From Gekko japonicus (Eukaryota), in assembly GCF_001447785.1 (NCBI RefSeq), contig NW_015164211.1, positions 360,012 to 423,587 of the forward strand: DNA of 63,576 nucleotides, written 5' to 3'. Position numbers and translations under genes: made by a program. Under the pieces are notes generated by a model that was given only the letters and a program-made list of their open reading frames with translations, was not told the DNA's origin and did not search any database. The stretch's first letter is position 1, and every line of letters begins with the position of its first letter. This document shows positions 1 to 9,945 of this stretch, piece by piece.

Positions 1-522
1 GGCAACACAAAGTCTCTTTCTTTGACGGAGACTCTGCTGTAAATCTGAGGCTCCACCTACAAGCCCTCCATGTCAACATTTGCTTTCTCTTTCCGAGTGC
101 ATCCACCACCGCAGCCTTGCCGCCAGGGATTAGTCAAACCCCGTTTCCTCTTCCTAATTATGCATGATAGCAATTTACATTTACTTCTATCTATAATCGT
201 CGTTCTTACTGGAAAAACCGCTGCTTGCTCCTCGGCCACTTCAATGNNNNNNNNNNNNNNCAATGGGGGGGGGGGGAGAATCGTAGCTCCTCGGGCCTTT
301 TATGCTCGTGGGAGTATCTCGCTTTCATTTTAAGGATCCTTGTCTGGCTGCGAATCAAAAATCTAGCATTCAGCCCCAGCAGACTTGCTTCCGAGTAAGC
401 ATGTTATAAAGGGCAGGCCTGTCAAAAGGCAAGACTTGGCCAGCCTTACCGTCCGAGGGGCTCGTCTCCTCCCCTCAACCACTCGCCANNNNNNNNNNNN
501 NNNNNNNNNNNNNNNNNNNNNN

Positions 523-927
523 GGCTTCGTCCTCGTCGATGCGCAGCGCCGTGGAGATGCACTCGAAGGCGCGCTTGTGACAGGCTCTCACCGTCTCGGG
601 CGCGTCGCCGGCGCCGGTCCTGCTGGCGGTGCCTTTGGCGGCTGCCATGAGCGCCCCGCCGCGAGAGAGGCGTTCGCAGAGCCAGGCGAAGAGCAGCCCG
701 AGCTGGAAGGCCAGGAAGCGAAGCAGCGCGAAGACGGCGAAGAGCGGGTAGGAGAAGTAGTAAAGGTTCCGCTTGTGAGGAGAGGCCACCGCCGCCTGCT
801 GGTGCTGGACGGAGGGAGCCGGCCCGGCTGCGGACGAGGGCGAAGGGGAGGCCCCGGCGGCCCGGGTCGGAGAACTGGAGCCGGCTAAGCCCTTCTTCTT
901 CCCTCTCCCGCCGCCCGGAGAATTCAT
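523..927 (-). CDS. SPAST: Spastin, first coding exon (M1 start; hydrophobic hairpin and start of MIT domain); 3' end and splice donor hidden in N-gap 489-522
   Basis: Translation [13 protein letters not shown]...[45 protein letters not shown]...[19 protein letters not shown] matches the vertebrate spastin N-terminus; CpG-rich; syntenic and divergent to DPY30 as in mammals. Confidence 0.96.
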
Positions 928-1210
928 TCACTGCAGTCGCCATAACCCGCTGCCTGGGACTGACAACAAGCAGCCGCGCGACCCTGCCATAGCAAAGGCT
1001 ACGCCCCTTTCGCTCAGCCCCGCTACTCTCCACTCCTCCAGAATCTACGCAGTCACCCTTCGGGAATAAGGAGCGCCGTAACGATTTCTTCTAGGCTTCG
1101 GGACTATTGTTAACAAGCGCCTGCGCGCAGTAATGAAGCGACAATAGGGGGCGTGGCAGATACGATAGGACGGTTAGAAGCCACGGCCAAGCCGCCCACA
1201 GAGTGGCCTC
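928..1210 (-). promoter_or_regulatory. SPAST: SPAST 5'UTR and CpG-island promoter (NRF1-like GCGCCTGCGC 1117-1126, GC box GGGGCGTGGC 1147-1156)
   Basis: High CpG density directly upstream of the ATG; motifs read from the sequence. Confidence 0.6.
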
Positions 1211-1532
1211 TTAAAGACTGACGACATTTATTTCAGGCATTGTTCGTTTGGTTAGATCCTTACGGAAATCAACTGACAGTCCTTCTTATGGGACAGGAGA
1301 GCAGTTGAGGCAGAGGGTTAATTTCCTCATGGAGTCATGGGTCTTGCAAGTGTATTCACTCGAAGACTACCAATCCCATCACGCCCTGGTTTAGAATGCT
1401 TTGGAAGTGATGCACGCAGGGCAGCGTGGGTGATGAAACACAGTGCGTCATGGGAGTTAGGATCGGCCCTTCCCCCCGGTTGGCTGATGTCCTATCGGGA
1501 TGTCCGGACTGGTAGGGGAGCTGGTTTGGTGG

Positions 1533-1740
1533 TTAGTGCTGCCAACTCTGGGTTGGGAAATGCCCGTAGATACTGGGATTGGAGCCTGGGGATGGGAGTA
1601 TCTCAGCAGGGTACAGTGCCATTGAATTCACCCTCGAACGCAGCCATTTTTTTCCAGGGGAACAGCTCTGCAACCTGGAGATCAGTTGTTGTAATGATGG
1701 GAGATCTCCAGGTCCCACCTGGAGGTTGGCAACCCTCTAA
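1533..1740. mobile_element. Non-autonomous DNA transposon (MITE) of the (TAG)GGTTGCCA...TGGCAACCC family; related copies near 47760-47900, 49316-49590 and 53124-53306
   Basis: Imperfect terminal inverted repeats; internal sequence recurs several times in the window. Confidence 0.6.
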
Positions 1741-1859
1741 TGGTTGCCGAATACAGTACCTTGGTGCTATCTGCCATCACAAATGTAACTAGTCTTGTTT
1801 GTCTTTTTTCTTTTTCTTTAAGTGAACAAGAAACTGGTTCCCTTGCCCTAGAAACAATA

Positions 1860-2286
1860 GGCCCCTGCCACACTGGATCGGCCAAAGTGCGGCTTTTTAG
1901 AGCTGCACCAAAAGAGACATGCGGCAGCGGGATCAGATAGATCCCCTGAGCCACCACGCAGTTCCTCCCCGGCAGGATCAGATGCCGGGGGGAAGCCACT
2001 GAAGGGAGAGCGAGGCAGCCGAACTGCGCATGTGTGCGCATGCGCAGTTCGGCCGGGAGCCTCGATTAGACAGGTGCTCCAGCGATCTCACGGCCACATT
2101 TGCTGCGCCGTTTCCAGTAAGTCGTGCTCTTTTGCAGGTTCTTTGTTGCAGTGGGTTTTCCGGCTGAAGGGATGGATCGGGGACGGGTGCGCACTGCTTT
2201 CCAGATGTTGCAGTTTGATCACACCCGTTTGCCACGCCCCCGATCCGTCCCTCTTCCGGGCCAAAACCTCCCGTGTGACCGGGGCC
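1860..2286. mobile_element. PIF/Harbinger-like MITE
   Basis: TIRs GGCCCCTGCCACAC / GTGTGACCGGGGCC flanked by a 3-bp TSD ATA (1857-1859, 2287-2289); central palindrome 2018-2053. Confidence 0.6.
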
Positions 2287-3889
2287 ATAGTGTTGTTTCT
2301 TGAACAATTAGGTCCTAGAGTAATCCACCTTGAGTCTTAGTGAGAAAGGTAGACTATAAATAACATACATTAAAAAAATTTACTGCCACCACAAGTATAT
2401 AGCAAATAGGTACCACATAGCAAATTTGATTTACACTGATATCTTATGATGGGATTCCCATCTTCTATCATGGAACTCAAGGTGGCATACATAGGCTTCC
2501 CAACAGGTGTGCAGTTCAGGCACTATGCACTCCTAACCTGCCTAGTTTCAGTAAGGTTATGGTATCCTTTATTTTCTAACAGTACACTAGGCTTTCAAGG
2601 TGCAGTCCAAACAGTTGCATGTGCCAGAATCGACCTTGATAGAGGCTAAGCATGCCATGTTGTGTAAGTATGACATGACCAGACATCATCCCCTGCCATC
2701 AAACCTTGCCCCGTGAGTTTCTAGATTAGGGATGCTGGTGATTTCACAACACTTTTGGAGTCAAATGGTAGAGAAGATCACCATCACCTTCCATAAATAA
2801 ATTGTGATAGAACATCCTTTCAAAATGAAAAGTAGGCAAGTATCCTTGCAACTGTAAGATAGCCCAGATATCCCCCCATGCACAATTCTGTACTGTTTGT
2901 CAAGACTGTATCAGGGAATCCCAGTGACTCCATATTGCCTTTTTTTGCTATGATAATACAGTGGCAGATTAATGCTGTATTGGTTTTCCATGCTCCAAGA
3001 TGTATGGGGTGCATTCATTTTAAGGGCACATCAGCCTCTCTTGTGGCACATTAGTGCTACCTAGTACATCATTATGGCATCACTAGTTTTAAGTATGATG
3101 GTTAATTGTCCCATAACCAACAGTATCATGCTTGCTGCTATCCATTCTTCTGTATTAATGTCAGATGGAATTCCTTGTTCATCTGTGCTGTAAATCTCTA
3201 TGTCCTGCATTGTAGCACCCAGCTAAAATGTACACAGTATGGATGAGAAATATGAGGATTCCTATCCAGCTTTCATACCATCCTTTTTCCTCCTATCAGT
3301 TTAATTATGGAACCAAATATATGGATTAAATCATTTTAAAGAAACCTGTTGAAGCATGTGATTCTACTGGCAAGGCTCCCGTGGTCAATCCTGGCTAGAT
3401 TCTGTTTCCTAATTGTAAGACCTTCATAGGAAAATTTACTCCTTGTAGCCTTGATCAGCTTGGTGGTTATGTAAAATAACTGCCTTTCCTAAGGATGCTG
3501 ATGAAGACATCTTTTTCATTCCACTAAGTTTTTAAGCGGTGGTTTTTCTCCAGCTTTTCATCTTTTATGTTTTATTGTTTGTGCATGTTGTTTATTGTAA
3601 CTATAAAGCATCCTGAGAAAGCTGGAGAGTTAAATAGAATGAATAAACAAGCTCAGACTTTGGGAACTGGCTGCAATTACCCCCCCCCCCCAAATGAAAG
3701 CCACTCCTGTAGTATTTTACATGAGGCAGGACGGACTAGAAAAGCATAGTCCTGGGGCTGGGGAGGGAGAGAGAGAGGCACGGAACTGGCACCTACAGGA
3801 GTTCATAAGAGCAGCAGCTGAGATGTACGGGCAGAGCTAAAAAATTCATTTATTTGAATGCATCCACATTCTTACCACCACCCCTACTA

Positions 3890-4099
3890 CTCAGACGGCG
3901 TCGTTCCACTCGCCCTCCCGAGTGTCCTCACTACGCAGGCGTACTATCGCCATTGAAGAACGACATTCTCATTTACGGCACTCGTGTACGACAGCCTGTT
4001 CTGTGCAGTCAGTGTAGACGGTTGTTTTGCTTGTTGCTCCGCGACCGATCCTTGTTCATCGTTTGCGCCTACGGACCAAGATTGCCCGGATAAGAGGAG
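3890..4099 (+). promoter_or_regulatory. DPY30: DPY30 CpG-island promoter and probable non-coding exon 1 (donor GAG|GTGAGG at 4099/4100)
   Basis: CpG-rich patch upstream of the first coding exon, whose ATG is preceded by an acceptor at 5473; exact TSS not determinable. Confidence 0.55.
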
Positions 4100-4305
4100 G
4101 TGAGGGAGGGCCATCTGCGAGACTGAACTTAGCGGAGCGGGATGCTGCACCTCGCGCTCTGAAGCCGGAGGCCGGTGCCTCAGTTGGTGGGGTCCCAGTC
4201 CTCTCGCGCCTTCTGCCCCACTATTCTGTTTCTCCCACGCGTGCAGAAAAGCGTCCGCTGCTGTTGTTTTAGGCCGGGAAGGTTCGTGGTGCGTCTGATC
4301 AAACC

Positions 4306-4461
4306 CGGGGAGGCAGCCAACCGCCCCTCTTCAGACGAGGCAGTTAGGCTTGGGCAAATAGTGAGAGGCTAGTGCGTGGCCGGGGAGGCAGCCAACCGCC
4401 TCTCTTCAGTCGAGGCAGTTGGGCTGATTCTTGGGCAAATAGTGAGAGGCTAGTGCGTGGC
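4306..4461 (+). repeat. Two-copy tandem duplication of about 75-81 bp in DPY30 intron 1
   Basis: CGGGGAGGCAGCCAACCGCC...GGGCAAATAGTGAGAGGCTAGTGCGTGGC occurs twice in tandem (4306-4380, 4381-4461) with few differences. Confidence 0.9.
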
Positions 4462-4647
4462 AAAGCAATTCTGTACTTCAGTGCTCTGCAGACTTAACAG
4501 GGAGTAAGTTCCTTTGAAGTGAATGGGATTTAATTCTCGATAAACATATGTAGGACTGGGCTAGGGGCGATCATACCATCGAAAGCTTCTTTCATCCTGC
4601 TTATGACTTGGATTTACTCTTTGGCCACAGCCGTCAAAGACTAAGGA

Positions 4648-4727
4648 CAGTGCTATCTTAAGTAGAGTTACGCCTCTTCTGAAGTAAATGGGTTTACACT
4701 GATGTAATTCTCTTTAGGATAGCACTG
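4648..4727. mobile_element. Short (~80 bp) palindromic MITE-like element; similar hairpin elements near 12765-12852, 13808-13890, 15005-15090 and 55084-55507 (the last interrupted by a SINE)
   Basis: CAGTGCTATCTTAAG...TTTAGGATAGCACTG inverted ends. Confidence 0.6.
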
Positions 4728-5504
4728 TTAGAAACCGGAATCTTATGGTCTACTGAGCAAACCCAGCGCACAAAATTTATGCTGCTTCTGCAGTGGACCT
4801 GAAAATTTCCATATTTGCAGCAACTTGGGTCTTGAGGCCATGCAACGGTGATGTGACTAGTGTGGTGATAGTAACACCTGTGCTGGGTCGGGTGCAACCT
4901 GGGCAGGAGTGCAGAACATGAAGATGAATAAGTTGAAACTTAATTCAGCCAACACTGATGATGAGGGACTTGGCTGATGGGGAAATACCTGATCTGAATA
5001 GAATTTCATTTTCCCTTAAGGACCAGGTTTACAAGATCAGAATACTTTTGATTTTGGTCTTGTTTCTGGTGTCAGAGATAGTTGCAGCTTAGTGGACCTT
5101 TATCAGTTTTGTTTGATTCTACAGCCAGCTTCACTTGCAGAAGTAAAGTGTGCAACACCTGATTTGTACACATAGTTTTTCTGGTTTCAAACAACAAGGG
5201 TGATTTTTAAAAGTTAAACCACTTGATGTTGTTAAGCAATATTGTCATAACTCAAATTCAAGATTTAACTTGCAGAAGTGTAGCTGAAAAATTCCTCCCA
5301 ACAGGAAAAAAAATGAACCCATACTATAAGATACTTGTGATAGGTGTTTATAATATTTGGACTCAAGTATAACCATAAGTTTATTTGATGACAGCTTAAA
5401 ACTACCAATTATATTTTTCGTATCAGCTTTTTAAATGCATCACAGTGTGATCAGTATTTTTTTTCCTTCCAAGCCTACTTTATATTTGATAACTTCTACA
5501 TATC

Positions 5505-5540
5505 ATGGACACAGAACAGATTATGGAGAGCCAGCCACAG
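5505..5540 (+). CDS. DPY30: DPY30 coding exon 1 (MDTEQIMESQPQ); exon starts at 5474 after acceptor
   Basis: Homologous to human MEPEQMLEGQTQ; donor GTAATA at 5541. Confidence 0.93.
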
Positions 5541-5628
5541 GTAATATTAGAAACTTTGATTCTACTGTTTTGTATTTTTTAAAATAAATTTCATTATTTT
5601 TATTTTATAATTGTGTGATGTTTTATAG

Positions 5629-5676
5629 GTTCCAGAAAATCCTCATGCAGAATATGGTCTTGCAGAAAATGTAGAG
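5629..5676 (+). CDS. DPY30: DPY30 coding exon 2 (VPENPHAEYGLAENVE)
   Basis: AG acceptor at 5627-5628, GTAAGT donor; matches human VAENPHSEYGLTDNVE. Confidence 0.96.
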
Positions 5677-6260
5677 GTAAGTAAGATTTTTCTGGGGTTT
5701 AATTATTTTCAGTTGCAATTAACCTTGAGTTAAGCTAATGAATTCTAGCTTTGAGTGAATGAGGGTACGAAACACATCACGAGTCATAATAGCTTATCTA
5801 GTTTAGTCACAAAATTACTATTTTTTGTAAAAAGAGGCTGAAATAATGGCACTAAGGGGAGGGGGGAGCTTGCTTTGTTGCGACTCAGCCTTACAAAGCT
5901 TGCTGCTCAGTGGATCCTGGTATATGAAATCATTATGAGCTTATATTAACGACAGAATGCTTTGATACCTTTGCATGTTCTTTTAAATTATTTTAATTAA
6001 ATCCCATCAGAAATATTTGCTGTAAGTCAAACCATGAAGTGTTAGTGTGTGGGAACATTTTTATTTTATTTTGGAGTCTGAGGCATAAAAAAAAACCTTT
6101 GAAAACCTGTACTTTCTCTTTTTATAATCAGTCGAGTGAAGACTATAAAGTAAAACATAAGGGTCTTTGATTACTGTTGAGTGTTCTAATTCAGAAATTC
6201 ATGTTTTCAACTAAATTACTGGAGTGCTCTCTTCATGTGGCATGTGTTTAAATTCTCCAG

Positions 6261-6403
6261 CGGATAGCAGAAAATGAGAAGACTAGTGCTGAGAAGACAT
6301 CAAAACAGAAGGTGGATCTACAGTCATTACCTACACGTGCCTATTTGGATCAGACAGTTGTGCCTATCTTATTACAAGGCCTTGCAGTGCTTGCAAAAGA
6401 GAG
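6261..6403 (+). CDS. DPY30: DPY30 coding exon 3 (RIAENEK...[31 protein letters not shown])
   Basis: Dpy-30 motif nearly identical to vertebrate orthologues; canonical splice sites. Confidence 0.98.
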
Positions 6404-8206
6404 GTATGGTGCATATCCATTTTTCAGAGGATACTTTTTCTTTATATAGTTTTCTTCCACAGCAGCTGATGTAGTAAATCTGTATCTGGAATGTATTACT
6501 TCTGTAGGTGTCGCATGTATGACTAAATGCTCCTCTAGTCAAAAAAATTCCCTGTAAAAACTGTTATGTTGGGGATAAGGCAAGGCTACAGTTCTTCTGA
6601 CATGCTGGTTTTCTATATGCAGGTACTTTTTTTAATGGAGTTTTTATTCATATGACCTCCCATGTGGGGCAGGCTTTTATCTTTTGTTTCTGAAAACTAA
6701 ATCAGTGCAAGGGCTTCATTTCTGCTTGGAGCTCTTGTTCTTGTGGTATGCCTTAATTTGATGAGCACCATGGATAGCATGTTGTAAATGCTGATTATCC
6801 AGTTTCACTCTGCATGTTAGTAACGCTGGCATTGAGAACAAAAACCTGAAAAGGAACTATAATAATGGGGATGGAAATCAGACTGACCTGTCATAAACAG
6901 AATGCAATCAGATTTGACATTGATGACATGGAAGATATGTCCACAGCAGTTACTCTCTTTGCTCTGGCTCCTTCTTCCTTTCTTTCACAGAGTGCAATTG
7001 AAAGCTTTGTGGTTTGGGAAGGCTTCAGTCAAGCTACAATTCTCCATGATGCTTTAATGAAAACAGCAGGCCATGTTGGAGTTTATATCCCCCCCCAACG
7101 TCTAGATTCTAAACTGGGATTTAACCATGGTTAGAAATCCAATTTGTGGGGAAATTCCAGTTCACCCAGGGGTTGCAGGGGATTGTTTGACTGAAGTGTT
7201 CCCAAACCCAGAAGCTTTTACTTGAACTCCTCAGAAGGGGAAATGGGATGGGAGATACGTGCATGGAGTTACTTACAGCTGAGTATTCTTATTCTTTTTT
7301 ATTGCTTCTTGTCTACAAACCTGGATAAGTAGAAAGCAGTTTTTCTTTCTTTCCTTCTCTTTCAAAGCAGGAAAGGACAAGGGTGGGCTCAGCATGCCTC
7401 TCAGTAAATCACAGTGCTTTCCTTGTATTTTCCAGGTCTAATGCTAATGCTTTGGTTATAAAATCAGTTTATTCTATGAATTTGAATAATTTGGCTAAAA
7501 GAATGAAGGACTCTTCTCATGAATTTAACATGTTAAAATAGAAGAGCAGATGAAATGAACAATAAAAAAATCCATCATCCTTTGCAGTTTTACAGTGTAG
7601 CCTGAAAAAGATTAAATTAGAAGAAAACACTATTACTACTACTGGTTATATAGCACTAGACAAGCTACTGAAGAACAGGCAGACAAACACATGATATGAG
7701 AAATCAAAATTCTGGCTCATATTTATAAAGCTAATGTTTCTCTGCTTAGCTGCTGGCTGTATTCCTCATATCTTAACTATAAAATTATTAAAATAAGATG
7801 CTTGGTGATCTTGGGTAGTATAAAGCATTTTTTACAAATCTTTAGAATCTACTAGATGCTTAATACTCTTGACACTAAATATTAAAATTGGAAGTGCCCC
7901 CAAAATGCTTCTGAATAGAGAGTCAGGCATATATTACAACCAGCTAAATTAAGTGAATTTGTTGAGCTAAGAGATGGAGGACAAAGAACAGAGGAATTAG
8001 TCAACAAAAGGAGGACAAGTTTTTACTATTGGAAACAAAGGGATGGGACTATTTCTCAGTACTGTAAAAGTATCCAGATTTTTCTTATTTTTTTCGCTTT
8101 ATTTTAAGTTATTGTTTTAGGAATTAAAGTATTTAAATTAAAATAAGTATTCAAGTAATGCCTGTACAAAAAAATAATAATCATTGTTCCTTTTTCCCCC
8201 CTTCAG

Positions 8207-8279
8207 GCCACCAAATCCTATTGAGTTCCTAGCAACGTATCTGTTAAAAAATAAGGCGCAGTTTGAAGACCGAAATTAA
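8207..8279 (+). CDS. DPY30: DPY30 last coding exon ([23 protein letters not shown]); spliced CDS is 300 nt, 99 aa
   Basis: Polypyrimidine tract plus CAG acceptor; TAA at 8277-8279; exon phases consistent. Confidence 0.98.
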
Positions 8280-8414
8280 TTCCATTGAAAGATGACTGCT
8301 TGACTGCTCAGCGTATATGCTTAAATAATCATGAATCATTGTCTGATGTATAAATTCTACAAAACCAAAAATTTCATTCTCATACTATTTCTTCAGCCTT
8401 TTCCCCAATTATTT

Positions 8415-8525
8415 AATAAAGTACCTTACATTTTATTTGTTCACTTGTTTTAAACTAGCTTTTAAGGCTTCAGAATAAAGTCTGGAAACTCCATTTGGGT
8501 GACTACTTTAAATCATTCTAATAAA
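8415..8525 (+). terminator. DPY30: DPY30 polyadenylation signal cluster (AATAAA at 8415, 8474, 8520)
   Basis: Three AATAAA hexamers 135-245 nt after the stop codon. Confidence 0.6.
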
Positions 8526-9606
8526 ACATTTCATGACAGGAGAAACAGACAAGTCTCAAATGACTGAGAAGTCAAGAATCTTGACCTCCCAGTACGATAT
8601 GTACATGGCCAGGTTCTGACAGAAAGGAAATAGACTTTGCCCAAAAACGGTAGCTGAAACTAACTTTTCAGATTATTTTCAAGTACTTTAATTACCACTG
8701 AAATGTCCTGTATGTGGGAGCTAGGAAAAACACATTCAGTGAGTATTTAAAAATATTTCTATGTGATCCTGGCAGTGACCCATAAATTCCATTAAAATGA
8801 AATATGTTGAATTATCATTTATTAAAATATTTTTATCCTGCATTTCTCAATATTCAGAGTGGCTTATATCACAAGCCAAAGTTGGTATACAGACACATTA
8901 AAACCAGTATAATGACTTCACACAAAAACTAACACCAGTAAAAGCTCTAACATCCTCAACAACATAGCTTGCCACCAGCCCCTTAATATCTGTCTAAGGT
9001 TTCCTTATATTAAGACAGCTACTGCTGTCTCAAAGCAGCGTTGGGGGCTTTCCTTGTTTCCTCTGGAAGGCTTTTCCCCAAAAGAAGCAGTCCCTCAACT
9101 AGGCATGTCCCAGGATGCTAAGGCTAATAGAACCATTCTAAATTGGACACACAAGCATATGGGCAACCACGAAAGCTGTTTGAAGATGGGAGTAATACAC
9201 TGCTTGATAGGTAGCAATCCACAGACCATGCAAAATGACTTCACTGCATAAGTTGCAATGGGTTATCCTGTGGTACAATCTTGACAAGCAATATGTCTGC
9301 CAGGCCATACGCTGTTCTGATAACCAAGGTACCTACACTGGATTTGCCCACACCTCTACCTGGGGAAGAAGTCACCAAGTACTGACCTGGGCCCATATCT
9401 GCTCATGGACTTTCACTTTGTGTTTGTGTGACACAGAGCTGCTCCATCAATTGTTCTCGTTGCTCTACCATTAGTTGCAGGAACTGCTGTTGCTCTTGCA
9501 CCTGGGTCTGTTTTTGCATTGCCATCAGGCTACCTCCTGTAGGGGTAGATGGCTGTCATCTCCACTGGGGCAACTCCCTCTACAAATTCCATTTCTAACT
9601 GTCCCC

Positions 9607-9945
9607 AGCCAGTTTGGTGTAGTGGTTAAGTGCGCGGACTCTAATCTGGGAGAACCGGGCTTGATTCCCCACTCCTCCACTTGCACCTGCTGGATGACCT
9701 TGGACAAGCCATAGTACTGGCACAGGTGTTCTTGAAAAAGAGCCGTTTCTGTCAGAGCTCTCTCAGCCCCACCTACCTCACAGGGTGTCCGTTGTGGGGA
9801 GGGGAAGGGAAAGGCGTTTGTAAGCCGCTCTGACACTCCTCTGGGTAGTGAAGGGCGGGGTATAAATCCGATCTCCTCCTTTGGTGTAGTGGTTAAGAGC
9901 GGAGAACTCTAATCTGGAGAACTAAGTTTGATTCCCCACTCCTCT
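9607..9945 (+). mobile_element. tRNA-derived SINE (MIR/Squam-like) plus a second SINE head at ~9879-9945; other copies near 11500-11590(-), 18300-18420(-) and 43128-43245(+)
   Basis: Pol III A box TGGTGTAGTGG and B-box-like GGCTTGATTCCC; body CCCACCTACCTCACAGGGTG; L2-like 3' end GGGCGGGGTATAAAT. Confidence 0.8.

Noticed and set aside
385-888. 167-aa plus-strand ORF
   Set aside because: Antisense shadow of the GC-rich SPAST exon 1; non-ATG start; spans an N-gap
9607-9680. tRNA gene-like sequence (also 43128, 55156)
   Set aside because: These are SINE heads continuing into SINE bodies; no complete cloverleaf
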